The notes below the pieces were generated by a model. It worked only from the letters and a program-made list of their open reading frames with translations, was not told the origin of the DNA and did not search any database. From Bugula neritina (lineage: Eukaryota; Animalia; Bryozoa): DNA of 64,000 bases. The first letter of the stretch is position 1, and the number at the start of each line of letters is the position of its first letter. A program made the position numbers and the translations under genes. Below, piece by piece: positions 1 through 34,285 of this stretch. The DNA lies in contig OZ037765.1 of the NCBI GenBank assembly GCA_964035545.1, positions 32,983,504-33,047,503 of the forward strand, given 5' to 3'.

Positions 1-899
1 ATTCAGAATCAAACGATTGGTACGATGGTGCTGAAAATATGCCGAAAGATTCATAGCTAACATCATTGATACTATTAGTTTTGGCCTTAGACTTCAGCTT
101 CTTCAAAGTTGAACTTAATTTATTTACGCTGCTTGTGATTGTATATCTTAACCAAATGTTTACTGTTCATACTAATACAGTTTAAATATTACCCAACTTT
201 TATCTTTTGTTGTAGATCCCATAACATTTTTTAAGAACATGCACTCAAAGATGCTGAATAGGAGCACAAAAAAGAATTTGACCGCTAAAAAACTTTGAAT
301 CATGCTGAGCCCTTCAGCCTGCAAGCAGGCGCACTCACCACTACGTTACAAGCTCACTGGGTGCTCTCGACACTACACCTTACCCACTTTTCAAGAACTC
401 AGCTGCCTTTTTTATACTACTCCTTCAAGCTTCCCTGACCGCTCAACTCCTCTCGGAGTACTACCACACTTTACTAACCACTGGAATTAGTTATAAAACT
501 TCCCCCTCCCCCCCCTCCCGTACTTGGGTTACTATCACAGACCTCGGACTTGCACACAGGTGTGCTAACCATCACACACCACAACTGCTTGGTTATCGCT
601 ACGCTACAGAGCAAGAATGTAATGACACACACTATGGTCTTAGCAGGTTCTGCTAATATTGAGAAAAGTTAACTAAATTTACAGTCGTAGAAAAATTCTG
701 CAAATGTTTATTTTCATGTTTTTTTTCTTATTTTAATCTTTAGAAGTTATTTTTTTTGCATTTCTTATATTCAACTATCATATACAATAAAATCCACATT
801 ACTATACTCTCATACTGGTTAGAAGTTATGACAAGTTAATTCAGAGTGATCAGTAATAATTTTTGCAGAAGCTTATTTCCAACAAAAATTAGAGCAGCA

Positions 900-1085
900 T
901 GGAACATTTATAAGTTCAGCTTTGAATATAACTTAGTTCAGCATTGAGCATATCTAAGATCATCATTGAACAGAAATAAGATCATCATTGAACATATACA
1001 ATATCACTATTGAGCATAAATAAGATCACCATTGAAAATATATAAGCTCACCATTGAACATATATAAGATCACGATTGAACATAA
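900..1085. repeat. Degenerate ~22-23 bp minisatellite (cattgaacatatataagatcat-like)
   Basis: About 8 imperfect tandem copies read directly from the sequence. Confidence 0.75.
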
Positions 1086-2346
1086 CTTGGCTCATTGTGA
1101 TAAATACAAAGAATCAACTTCACAACTCTTTATATCAACATTGATCTAACATACTATTCACTGTGAACAGTACCTGACACTAATTTCTGTTCACTGCTGG
1201 TCAATTTAGGAGCCAAAAAACGAGCTGTTTTAGTTGTCAGCTAATGTTCACTCTAACACTAATATTTCTCTCTGTGTAAATATCTTCGACTTATAGATTA
1301 CATTTTTATGTGCTATAAAAATTTAACTCGTTTGTTACGGCATTTCTCCATGCATAAAAGCAAAACTTACGGCAAGAAATCCTTAGCTAGAAAAATAAAT
1401 AATAATTTACTTTAATTACATCAAAAGCTAATATCAGCAAGCATTCTATAAATAATGGAAATTTACCTAGTGTAATTTTTCTTAAACTAGCTAAGCTTGC
1501 TTGGTACTTTAATAAGTTTATTGGCATAGTGTATTATGTTATACTTATATATTTTAAGACTTTAAGGAAAATGATGTTTTAGCTGCGTTATTCCTAATGC
1601 AAGCCTTATAAATTTACAATATATACTAAAATATTATATTTGTAATTAGAAAGAAAACAAATTACTTTCATAAACTTATAATTATTGCATTCTGTTATTG
1701 TTAATGCTAGAATAACAAATTGAACACGGCATATGCTTCCCTAACCAGATGCTTTTAAACGGATTAAAAATAATTTGTCAATTTCTAATTATGAAGAACA
1801 AACTCCTCGGTAGTTTCTACATTTGCGCATGATTTTATCAAGATAGGCTTGCTTTTGTGTCAACCTGTAGCCAGTGCAACTATACTTTATGTAACGAGTA
1901 AAACAGACTTATTTCAAAGTACACAGTCTAAAGGGTAGGAATTACTACAAAGAAAAGTGCCGGTTAAAAGTTAATTATAATTGGAAATAAGGTGAAATAT
2001 CAGTCAGAAATTAAAAAGTGTCAACTAAAAAGGTGTATTGTTATTTCTTTTTGGCTTAATGAAAATGTTTTTTGAGGAAGAAGTACAAGAAACATCTAGG
2101 AGGGGTTCATATCCACCACTGGCGACTACCTGTTTATTGATGAAGAACTATCCAATGATAGTACAGTATTATGGTCTTTTGCCTTATAATTGGCTTTGAT
2201 TTTTTTATGTCTAATTACGAGATACTAAACAGATGCAAAGTATGTTGTGCATAGGCAGTTTTTTTATGTCTCTAAACAACATTCTAGGAAAATATATACT
2301 GATATTATGATATATACAGGTAAATCATCACACCATATATATACGT

Positions 2347-2532
2347 ACTTCGGACCCCTCTGTATATAAGCGTGAGTTTTTCTAGTATGAATCAGTCTAA
2401 CACTGGAGCTCGCAGAGGACACATCAATAAAGACTATTAGAATCAACATTTTACAAAGACTTTTATTTAACAATTACAAGTATTGGCATGCAGACTACTT
2501 GTCTATTTCATTAAACCCGCAAAATCACAACA
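2347..2532 (+). repeat. Gypsy-1 5' LTR remnant (last 186 bp only)
   Basis: Exact match to the 3' end of the 3' LTR. Retains TATATAA and AATAAA and ends in CA before the PBS. Confidence 0.93.
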
Positions 2533-2533
2533 T

Positions 2534-2551
2534 TGGTGGCAGCGGTGGGAT
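2534..2551 (+). promoter_or_regulatory. Primer binding site complementary to the tRNA-Leu 3' end
   Basis: TGGTGGCAGCGGTGGGAT is the reverse complement of the animal tRNA-Leu 3' end ATCCCACCGCTGCCA+CCA and lies 1 nt after the LTR. Confidence 0.85.
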
Positions 2552-2604
2552 GAAATAGATAAGTACGACAGGCAGCCATTACTAGAGAAAGAAATAAAGG
2601 GAAA

Positions 2605-3525
2605 ATGGGAGAAGAGGGAGAAGTAGAGATGGTGAGAGAAGAAAGAGAGGAGGATCGTCTTACCATGGAGACTCTCATCGCAGCCCTCCGGGAGGTCAGC
2701 AAGGTCGGGCAGGCAGCACCTGGAGACAGGTATCGCCTGAGGCCCCCGATTTTCGGAGGCGATGGGGACATAGAGCAATTCATCAGGGAGTTTGAAGAGG
2801 TAGCCACCCTCGCCGAATGGCCAGCACCGGTGCGCCTTCTTCACCTCCGTACCTGCTTGACAGGACAAGCAAAGAGTTATGCTCTCGGGCCTGATGTCGG
2901 CCACATTTTTCAGGCCCTCAGGTCCCGTTTCGGGCTAACCGCCCGCGCCGCCAGGGACAAGCTGCGTACCATACGCAGAGATAGGAGGACCTCACTCCAA
3001 GATCATGCCAATGCTATTGAGGCGCTAGTACAGGTAGCCCATAGCAATGACACACCTGAAGCACAGAGAAGCGCTGTGTATGAGGCCTTCTTCCATACCA
3101 TTAATAACCCTGGTTTACAGCGTTATTACTTGGCAGCAAAGGTCACCACCATAGAGGAGGCCCTAGCCTTGGGCAAAGCCTACTACCAGGTGGATGGACC
3201 TCAGTGCGCGGATTTCACCGCCTGTCAGATTGAAGAACAACCAGAGGTCACTAAGCTGGACCAGCCAAGCCCACAGACCGTGGCAGTCGCTACCGCTACT
3301 CCGTCACCTGATCAGATGACCATGTTGATGGACATGGTAAAAGGCCTACAGGCTGACATGAAGCGAATGCAACAAGAGCAGACTGATAGGCGGGCACCCA
3401 GACCTCGGGGCGAGCCAATCAGTACTTCCCACCTCACATGTTGGGGATGCGGAGCCAGGGGACATGTGCGGAGACAATGCCCCCAAGAAAGGAGGGTGTC
3501 TTTAAACACCCAAGGCTCACGGTAA
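2605..3525 (+). CDS. gag: Gypsy-1 Gag (306 aa)
   Basis: RPPIFGG...F...FE capsid-like motif. CCHC knuckle CWGCGARGHVRRQC near the C-terminus. Confidence 0.92.
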   Translation: MGEEGEVEMVREEREEDRLTMETLIAALREVSKVGQAAPGDRYRLRPPIFGGDGDIEQFIREFEEVATLAEWPAPVRLLHLRTCLTGQAKSYALGPDVGHIFQALRSRFGLTARAARDKLRTIRRDRRTSLQDHANAIEALVQVAHSNDTPEAQRSAVYEAFFHTINNPGLQRYYLAAKVTTIEEALALGKAYYQVDGPQCADFTACQIEEQPEVTKLDQPSPQTVAVATATPSPDQMTMLMDMVKGLQADMKRMQQEQTDRRAPRPRGEPISTSHLTCWGCGARGHVRRQCPQERRVSLNTQGSR

Positions 3526-6500
3526 TTTCCGCCAACCGTGGGCCCCAAGCCAACCTCATCTGGGAAGAGATGACCCAAGGAGCCTCTTCCAGGCCCGCCG
3601 AGGCTACGTGGAGACGTCGGAGACCCCAAGGTCTGCCCGACCCTCCAACCCAGCCACCTACGACCCGGATGGAACCTCAAGATGCAGGATGGCAGGCACC
3701 TCGGAGATCTCGGAGACCGCAAGGTTTACCCGATCCTCCGGCCTGGCCACTCCAAAACCGGTTCGCGGGGTTGCCCGAAGAGGCTGTGGAGGAAGATTCA
3801 GCTTACTCGCAAGAGTATCCAAAGCTACCCTCCCAGCCTCAGAAAACCCCCGTTGTCTGTAAGACGAAGAGGAGGCCCGCTGTAAGGACCCAAGAGGTGT
3901 CCCCCCCAGAGACTGACCGACCCAGGAGCACCCAGCCGTATGGAAGCAGCTACTTCCTGCCCGGAAAAATTTCGGGTAAAGCTGCCACCTTCCTGCTGGA
4001 CACAGGGTGCACTACAAACCTGCTAAGTCGGCGTCTCTTCGACACCCTTGGTGCCCGAGAGCGGGCGAGCCTCGAGTCGTACGAAGGAGCACACGGTACG
4101 TTGGCGGACGGATCGTGTATCCCCTTCTACGGCATTATCACACTACCTGGACGAGTCCGTGATCAAGTAATTCACGAGACGTTCATTGTCAGCCACCTGA
4201 AGGAAGACGCCATTCTGGGAATGCCCTTTCTGGAGAAACACCAGTGTCACATGGATTTCCAGAAGTCGGCGGTGGTGATGGCTGGGAAGGAACTTGCCTG
4301 TGTGGACAAGTTTGGTAGGCCCTTGGTGGGCGGAGTCCAGGTAGTGCAGGACTGCACGATTCCAGCGAGAACCCAGGCTACTCTCCGATGCAGGGTCAAC
4401 TGCAAGGAGATCGCCGCACTAGGGGTGGTGGAGGGAACGCACGGAGCAATTCGACTGGCAAACAGCCTAAATCGGCTGGACTGTCGAAGAGAGCTCCTCG
4501 TGCAATGCATCAACCCCTTTGCGGAATCGGTCCGATTGTCGGCTGGTGCACTGGTGGGGAAGTACCACTCCATCCAGGAGGCGGATGTGGGTCCGGCACT
4601 GGAAACAGTGACCGACACCCAGGGAAACCCCCCTCACAACCACCGAGAAGCAGTCCCGGAGCATGTGGCTGGCTTGTACAGTGGAGCGTGTGGAAACTGT
4701 ACGAGTAGTACTGAACGCCAAACACTGGCTCAACTACTCGCGGAGTACAGTGATGTCTTCAGTCGTGGTGATGAAGATATGGGGCTGACTAAGGTTATCT
4801 CCCACGAGATACCCCTGGCAGCTGGCACCACTCCCATCAGGCAGCCAACCCGACGTCTGGGCCCGGAGAAGGAGAAGGAGGTAAGCCGGCAGGTGCAAGA
4901 TCTTCTCGACCGGGATCTGATTGAGCCTGCCCACGGTGCGTGGAGCTCTCCAGTAGTCCTGGTCAAGAAGAAGGATGGTAGCTGGAGGTTCTGTGTGGAC
5001 TACCGCAGACTCAACAGCGTTACCATCCAGGACGCTTACCCCCTCCCGCGGATAGATGAGTCTCTGGATGCCCTCGCGGGTAGCAAGTACTTCAGTACTC
5101 TGGATCTGCTTAGCGGGTACTGGCAAGTACCCCTCAGTCCTGATGCTCAGGACAAAGCAGCATTCATTACCCGCGATGGGCTCTGGAAGTGGAAAGTACT
5201 GCCGTTTGGACTTACGTCCGCCCCGGCAACTTTCCAAAGACTCATGGAGCAGGTCCTCAGTGGGTTACACTGGAAGACCCTCCTAATCTATCTGGATGAC
5301 GTCATTGTCATCTCCCCAGACTTTACGACTCATATCAGTCGTCTGCGGGAAGTCTTTGACCGACTCCGGGCTGCTGGACTGAAGTTGAAGCCCTCCAAGT
5401 GTGCACTCCTACAGCATGAAGTCACGTACCTGGGCCATGTGGTTGGCCGTGACGGGGTCGCTACCGATCCGGAGAAGGTACAGGCTGTGAAGGAGTGGGC
5501 CGTCCCCCGGGACCTCTCTGAATTGCGGGCATTCTTGGGCCTGGTAGGGTACTACAGGCAGTACGTACCCGGGTTTGCAGGGATGGCTCAGCCTTTGAAT
5601 CGGCTAACCGCCAAGGGAGTCCGGTGGCAGTGGACACAGGAGGAGCAGCAGGCATTCGACCACCTCAAACAACGGCTAATGGAGGCGCCGATTCTGGCGT
5701 ATCCTGATCCAGCAGAAGAGTACATCCTGGACACCGACGCCAGCGACCACAGTGTGGGAGCTGTTCTGTCTCAAGTTCAGGGTGGAAGTGAGGTGGTCGT
5801 GGCTTACTACAGCAAGACTCTCGCGGCCGCCGAGAAAAACTACTGCACCACTAGGAAGGAACTCCTAGCAGTAGTCAAGGCGGTCAAGCACTTTCGGCCA
5901 TATCTGTATGGGAGAACGTTCCGGTTGCGAACAGACCATGCATCACTGATATGGTTGTGTAAACGTGCAGAGCCCTCGAGCCAGGTGGCTCGTTGGCTAG
6001 AGATTCTTGCTGAGTTTTCCTACCGGATAGAGCACCGCGCCGGCAAGAAACACGGGAACGCTGATGGCATGAGTCGCCGACCGGTGGAGGACTGCAAGCA
6101 ATGCCTACACATCGAGAGGCGTGATGGGGGACCTGCCCGCCTTGACGTCGAGGCACAGTTGGGAGACGGCAACGTCTATCATTGGGAGCACGGCCATCTT
6201 CGGCCTGAAACCCACTCAGACGACGTCCAGGCACTCCGTGCTAACCCCACACTGTACCAGAACGTCAAGGAGCTGTGTCGACTGCAAGAAACACTCCCTG
6301 GATCAGTAGCTGACATCTTCCGAGCCAAGAAAGGAGGCAGCCGACCTTCGGAGGAACAGCAACGGCAGGGAGACGCTGAGTTTCAGTTCTTCTGCCGCCG
6401 CTGGAATTCTCTCCAGATTCGTTCAGACGGCCTCCTGACGATGACACTCGCAGCAGACAACCGACAACAGGAGAGGGATCGCGTCGTATGCCCACGCGCT

Positions 6501-8189
6501 CTCCGTCGGGAAATCATCTGGGACACCCACAAACAGGCCCATGCGGGAGCCAGTCGGGTCATCAGATGCCTGCAGATGCGATGGTATTGGCCCGGGATGA
6601 CCAGGGATGTGCGACTGAGAATTCGGCACTGTGAAGTCTGTCAGGCCAGCAAACACGGACGCCCCACCGAAACCACGGGTCGGCGCCGGCTATACGCCGG
6701 CCGGCCTTGGCAGGTCGTGGCGGTAGATCTCGTGGGACCCATGCCCACGACCGAAAGGGGAAACTCTTGGATCTTGGTCCTTACAGACCACTTCACACGA
6801 TGGGCGGATGCCCTGGCTATCCCCGACGCATCGGCACCTACAGTAGCCCGAGTCCTGGACCAGCATGTGTTCTGTTACTTCGGCCTACCGGAACAGATAC
6901 ACACCGACCAGGGCGCTCAATTCCAATCACAGCTAATGAAGGACCTCTGCCAAGTATGGGGGGTGAACCAGAGCCGGACCACCCCGTATCACCCCCAAGG
7001 AAATGGGGTAGTTGAAAGAAACAACCGGATGTTGGGTGATGCTCTCCGGAGCCTCTTGTTGGGAAGGAGTCAAGAGGAGTGGGACGTCATGCTACCACAG
7101 ATTATGCGAGCATATCGAAGCACCCCCCACTCTAGCACACAGGAAACACCGAACTTGATGATGTTGGGCCGAGAAACCAGGGTACCAGAACATCTCGCGT
7201 ACCACATTCCTAACCCAGAATTCCCAGTACATGAGTACGTGGGAAAGTTAGTCGAAACCATGAAGAAAGCTCATGACGCACTGAGAGAGAAACAGTGGCT
7301 GGTACGAACAGAAGATTCCGAGGAACCACCTCTGTATCGCGAAGGGGACTGGGTGTGGATGGTCAGCTACCGCAGGCGACGCGGACAATCGGCTAAATTA
7401 CAGCCTAAGTTCGTCGGGCCCTACTGCGTGGTAGAGGTTTTACCAAACCATACATATCGTGTGGAACGCTCGGGACAGATATCTGTTCAAAACGAGCAGC
7501 GGTTGAAACCTTACCACGGAAGCCCGGAAGCCGCGGGACAGGCACCACCACTGCTGGAACCAGCACGACAGCCCATCACCCGGGGGAGGAGGAATCAACC
7601 CCGAGAGTGGGAAATATTCATTCTTGACCCCGAAGAAGTTCATAATACCTTAGAAGCTCCGCCTCGGGATCCACCACCAAACGCCCCCATTCCGGATCCA
7701 CCACCCCAACCACAGCTAGAGGATCGGCCAATCCCGGGCTTGACCCCGGTGGCCCCCATGACAGAGGACGCTCCCTCACCAGCAAGAAATCAGAATGAAG
7801 CCCCTCCAAGTGACGAGCCCCACAGACAGTCCGATACATCAGTATCTGACACCCTGGGCAGGAGTAAAAGGGATAGAAGACCCCCAAAATATTTAGCAGA
7901 TTACCACGTGGGATGCTTAACCGACTCTGGGCCACCGAGTTGTTCACCCAGTACGGGTAAAAACTCTAAATTTCGGATGCAGAGCAGCCCTGACAGTGCA
8001 GGACGGCTCCAGGGACAACAACTCGCACACCAGCCCAGTGTTGATCCAAGCAGACAATGGCGCCCTGGACCTACGGACCACCTTGACCTCACTCAAGAAA
8101 GCGACTTGGACAGAAGAATCCAGGCCTTATCCTGCCACCTCGATCAATGCACAAGGGAAATGGAAAGCCTGATACGCCGGATCCGATGA
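3438..8189 (+). CDS. pol: Gypsy-1 Pol polyprotein (protease, RT, RNase H, integrase), -1 frame relative to gag
   Basis: LLDTGC protease, LPFGL and YLDD RT motifs, TDAS RNase H, H-x4-H...CEVC zinc finger, DDE core and GPY motif. No internal stops. Confidence 0.97.
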   Translation: MLGMRSQGTCAETMPPRKEGVFKHPRLTVISANRGPQANLIWEEMTQGASSRPAEATWRRRRPQGLPDPPTQPPTTRMEPQDAGWQAPRRSRRPQGLPDPPAWPLQNRFAGLPEEAVEEDSAYSQEYPKLPSQPQKTPVVCKTKRRPAVRTQEVSPPETDRPRSTQPYGSSYFLPGKISGKAATFLLDTGCTTNLLSRRLFDTLGARERASLESYEGAHGTLADGSCIPFYGIITLPGRVRDQVIHETFIVSHLKEDAILGMPFLEKHQCHMDFQKSAVVMAGKELACVDKFGRPLVGGVQVVQDCTIPARTQATLRCRVNCKEIAALGVVEGTHGAIRLANSLNRLDCRRELLVQCINPFAESVRLSAGALVGKYHSIQEADVGPALETVTDTQGNPPHNHREAVPEHVAGLYSGACGNCTSSTERQTLAQLLAEYSDVFSRGDEDMGLTKVISHEIPLAAGTTPIRQPTRRLGPEKEKEVSRQVQDLLDRDLIEPAHGAWSSPVVLVKKKDGSWRFCVDYRRLNSVTIQDAYPLPRIDESLDALAGSKYFSTLDLLSGYWQVPLSPDAQDKAAFITRDGLWKWKVLPFGLTSAPATFQRLMEQVLSGLHWKTLLIYLDDVIVISPDFTTHISRLREVFDRLRAAGLKLKPSKCALLQHEVTYLGHVVGRDGVATDPEKVQAVKEWAVPRDLSELRAFLGLVGYYRQYVPGFAGMAQPLNRLTAKGVRWQWTQEEQQAFDHLKQRLMEAPILAYPDPAEEYILDTDASDHSVGAVLSQVQGGSEVVVAYYSKTLAAAEKNYCTTRKELLAVVKAVKHFRPYLYGRTFRLRTDHASLIWLCKRAEPSSQVARWLEILAEFSYRIEHRAGKKHGNADGMSRRPVEDCKQCLHIERRDGGPARLDVEAQLGDGNVYHWEHGHLRPETHSDDVQALRANPTLYQNVKELCRLQETLPGSVADIFRAKKGGSRPSEEQQRQGDAEFQFFCRRWNSLQIRSDGLLTMTLAADNRQQERDRVVCPRALRREIIWDTHKQAHAGASRVIRCLQMRWYWPGMTRDVRLRIRHCEVCQASKHGRPTETTGRRRLYAGRPWQVVAVDLVGPMPTTERGNSWILVLTDHFTRWADALAIPDASAPTVARVLDQHVFCYFGLPEQIHTDQGAQFQSQLMKDLCQVWGVNQSRTTPYHPQGNGVVERNNRMLGDALRSLLLGRSQEEWDVMLPQIMRAYRSTPHSSTQETPNLMMLGRETRVPEHLAYHIPNPEFPVHEYVGKLVETMKKAHDALREKQWLVRTEDSEEPPLYREGDWVWMVSYRRRRGQSAKLQPKFVGPYCVVEVLPNHTYRVERSGQISVQNEQRLKPYHGSPEAAGQAPPLLEPARQPITRGRRNQPREWEIFILDPEEVHNTLEAPPRDPPPNAPIPDPPPQPQLEDRPIPGLTPVAPMTEDAPSPARNQNEAPPSDEPHRQSDTSVSDTLGRSKRDRRPPKYLADYHVGCLTDSGPPSCSPSTGKNSKFRMQSSPDSAGRLQGQQLAHQPSVDPSRQWRPGPTDHLDLTQESDLDRRIQALSCHLDQCTREMESLIRRIR
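3501..3544 (+). promoter_or_regulatory. -1 programmed ribosomal frameshift signal
   Basis: T_TTA_AAC heptamer in gag phase (3501-3507), 6-nt spacer, then a 10-bp stem GGCTCACGGT (3514-3523) / ACCGTGGGCC (3535-3544). Confidence 0.85.
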
Positions 8190-8279
8190 CTGAGACCAAC
8201 AACTGCGAATCCCCAGCATTCGACACCCAAACTGTTTTTCTGTTATCGAAAAGGGAGATGCTTTTCGATGGGGGGAGAA

Positions 8280-8846
8280 TGTAATAGATTTTAACGCTCT
8301 AGTAATTATATCGCGTCACTATTATAATGGACTTAGCGTAACTTTGTAAATACTGTAAATGCTGTAATTATAGCTAAGCTCCTTGCGTAGCTTTCTAATG
8401 CCTCAAATATTGTAATTATAGCTAAGCTCTTAGTGTAGTAAATAGCGTAATGATTGTGAATTGCCCTTTCTATTATTTTTGTTTGTTTACTGTAATAGTT
8501 TTTGTGAGTTGTATTCCCTGCCACTTTTCTTTTTGTTTTATAAATAATTAACTATGTGAGCCGAAGCTCGTCCGAAGTCGGAACCGATGTCGGAGGAGCC
8601 TGTCCGAGATCGGACCGGATATTTCCGACATCGGTCGCCGGAACTCCGAACTTCGTACGAACTTCGGACCCCTCTGTATATAAGCGTGAGTTTTTCTAGT
8701 ATGAATCAGTCTAACACTGGAGCTCGCAGAGGACACATCAATAAAGACTATTAGAATCAACATTTTACAAAGACTTTTATTTAACAATTACAAGTATTGG
8801 CATGCAGACTACTTGTCTATTTCATTAAACCCGCAAAATCACAACA
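8280..8846 (+). repeat. Gypsy-1 3' LTR (567 bp)
   Basis: Starts TG right after the PPT and ends CA. Contains TATA and AATAAA; the 3' 186 bp are duplicated at 2347. Confidence 0.93.
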
Positions 8847-9449
8847 CAACCACCTTAATCCGGATTTCATACACACAATCGTTTCTATATATTCATCATT
8901 ATATAAAACAGTGCTGTTTAGTGAGGAGTATATATGCAGTAATAAACTACCCAGTAATATCTTAACTATCAACTAGATACAATTCTTGGCTATCTGCCAT
9001 ATAAAGCAAAACCTAAAGTTTCACTTAACGTACTTGAAGATGTAGTTACTAAATTTAGCCCATAGTCTATCACTGTATAGTTCCATTTATATTCACTTAA
9101 ATCTTCTACTCTCTTCTGATGCAACTCAGTAAAGTGGGTGCAACTCTCACGAGGATAGCAGAGAATTCCCTGAGCAGTATTTACTGGTTCATTGAATTAG
9201 AGTTCCAGATTTATAGTAAATTTAGACAACACAGCAGACTAAAGATGTATCTCACCATTATGTACCTTTAATCTAAGACAAACTGTGACACAGAATCTGT
9301 ATGGTAGGAGATGTCATGGTAGTGTGGTAAAATTGTGTATAGTATAACTAATGCTTGTATTCCCCTTACTATTATTATCTTCATTCCCATGGAATGCGTG
9401 TTTTCTTAGATATACATCATTACATAGCCATAGTATTGTAACAGCTAAG

Positions 9450-10019
9450 TGTTATGTTGGCAATGATAGGATTAGCTATTATTCCCAGCTACTTATTACT
9501 ACCGACGTGACTGGATTAGCTATTGTTTCCGACGGCTCACAGGAACACTTATATAATCAAGATAACCGGGATTTCCCTGCGAAGTTCGCTCGATTCGAGC
9601 GATTCCTTTATTCTAGCCCTGCGAATCCCCTGCGATTCGAGCGAATTCCCTCGAATTCGCTCGGAACATTCTGGTGGGAATGTTTCCCAACGTATAAAAG
9701 GAGGCCCTCAACACAGTAGAGTCAGTCTTCAGCCAGCAGCACAACAGGACACATCTCGGAGCTACCAAGCCAGGACAATAACACACTTAGTTAATTATCT
9801 TATACTTTGTTTACCAGTTTACTAATAAGTTTTCCATACATGTAAGGAGTTGTCCTCCCTAACTGCTATTTTTGGATTTATATATATTATGGAGTAAATA
9901 AAGGGGATTGTGAGTATTACATTTCTTATTTATTGTGCATAAATACCCTCCTACAAAGAGTCACTGTGTTCAATCAGCTAACAACCCACACCAATAATTA
10001 CATGCAGCGAATCATAACA
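9450..10019 (+). mobile_element. Candidate solo LTR (570 bp)
   Basis: Termini TGTTATG...CATAACA form an inverted repeat. Contains a CpG-rich palindromic block, then TATAAAAGG (~9693) and AATAAA (~9897), resembling the Gypsy-1 LTR layout. No TSD found. Confidence 0.5.
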
Positions 10020-10285
10020 TTCTACGCATAAAATTATTACAGTAGGAGATGTCATGGTAAGAGATGTCATGATAGGAGACGCTGTGTTATACACATAGCA
10101 GCTGCAGGTATTCTCATTTAGAAATTACTACTTGTATATTTACATTTCCACGCCCCTCTATGAATGCTAACATCTTTATCAGTTGCTTAGTGTCAACATG
10201 GGTGGACCATAAACTCTGATAAGGCGGCTATATATGGCGTGATGTTTTAACTGTATATACCACATCCTTCTTATTCATTCTACAG

Positions 10286-10359
10286 TTAGCTACGCTGTGA
10301 CACACTTCAACTATACCTGCTTCAATACACAGAGTGGCACATGTGACACTTATTAACAG
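10286..10359 (+). other. 5' non-coding exon of gene A (74 nt)
   Basis: tacag| ... AG|gtgagt. The same length, sequence and splice sites occur at 45532-45605 in copy B while the surrounding DNA diverges. Confidence 0.7.
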
Positions 10360-10749
10360 GTGAGTGAATAAAACAGTTTATATAACCTGGTAACTCTCAT
10401 AATACTGACTGGGTATCAGCATTTTATAGGAATTATCTTTAACCCTGCATCTAACCAACATATTTTACATATATATCTTAGGAGTTTATTAGGACCACAA
10501 TTACAGTATGTGAATGTTTTTAATTATGGTCATGTTCACATTCTAATCTCTCCCATGTTTATCTGAAGTGTCATCCAGTCTATTAAGACATCACTGAGGT
10601 AATCCAAATGTGACTTTGACTTCTTAATATATCAATCATGCTTTTTGTGATCTGAAAGAATAGATCAGTAACCGTCCATGTATTATCTGAGCTGTTCACA
10701 GTAAGTCTGTTGTAATCTTTGATGGTAGGATATGTAATGCTTTTATTAT

Positions 10750-11000
10750 ACAACCCTCATATTATGTTGCTGGTTTTATACCATCTTCATATGTTGATGG
10801 TTTTATACCACCCTCATATGTTGTTGGTTTTATACCACTCTCATATGTTGTTGGTTTTATACCACTCTCATATGTTGTTAGTTTTATATATACCATCTTC
10901 ATATGTTGATGGTTTTATACCACCCTCATATGTTGTTGGTTTTATACCACTCTCATATGTTGTTGGTTTTATACCACCCTCACATAATGATGGTTTTACA
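10750..11000. repeat. 27-bp minisatellite (catatgttgttggttttataccaccct)n
   Basis: About 9 tandem copies. Explains the 9-aa periodic spurious ORFs. Confidence 0.9.
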
Positions 11001-11275
11001 ACTAGAGTTTCAACAACTGGTTGGGTAGGAAAGTTTGAGATTTGTATCAATAGTTTACATATACTATAATATTATGTTATATATTAATTGATAACATTTT
11101 ATAGTATAATATACATCTGTTTTCATTATTTTATAACATAAAATTGTTCATATTATTGTTGTTGTATATTTCCAGCATGTAGAAGATTATGAAATCTTGT
11201 AATGGATAGTAGAAGCATTATTGAAGGTGTGATATGATTGTCTAATGGTTTGTTGACTCATTACAGAATAACACC

Positions 11276-34050
<22,775 letters not shown>

Positions 34051-34285
34051 ATTGTCTAGACATCAGAAGAGTCTCTGATTACTTGACTTATAACTCTGAA
34101 GAGTTCCTAACCTCAGCTGATGTGTCAGTCACTGAGTATCAGTACTTAGTGTCAACTTGTAGCTGTAAAGTAGAGTACACTATAGCTGATAGCTAGTCTG
34201 ATATACAGCTATAGACAGTATACATATACTTTATTATTACACAGTTTCATATAATTTCTTACTGTTCTATGACATATAGAGTAGA

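Larger units (their letters stand above)
2347..8846 (+). mobile_element. Ty3/Gypsy LTR retrotransposon (Gypsy-1) with intact gag and pol and a truncated 5' LTR
   Basis: 2347-2532 is identical to 8661-8846. The full 3' LTR is 8280-8846 (TG...CA) and follows PPT GGGGGGAGAA (8270-8279). PBS at 2534-2551. Pol domain order is PR-RT-RH-IN. Confidence 0.97.

Noticed and set aside
520-590. tRNA gene on the minus strand
   Set aside because: Only an A-box-like head is present, with no intact cloverleaf or B box. At most a decayed SINE.
2503-8092. Many antisense and alternate-frame ORFs within Gypsy-1 (and within Gypsy-2 and the Roc-COR exons)
   Set aside because: Shadow ORFs of GC-richer coding sequence with no recognisable motifs.
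7900-8279. env gene or chromodomain at the Gypsy-1 3' end
   Set aside because: The Pol tail is Pro-rich with a short helical end and no chromodomain motif, and there is no room for an env ORF before the PPT.
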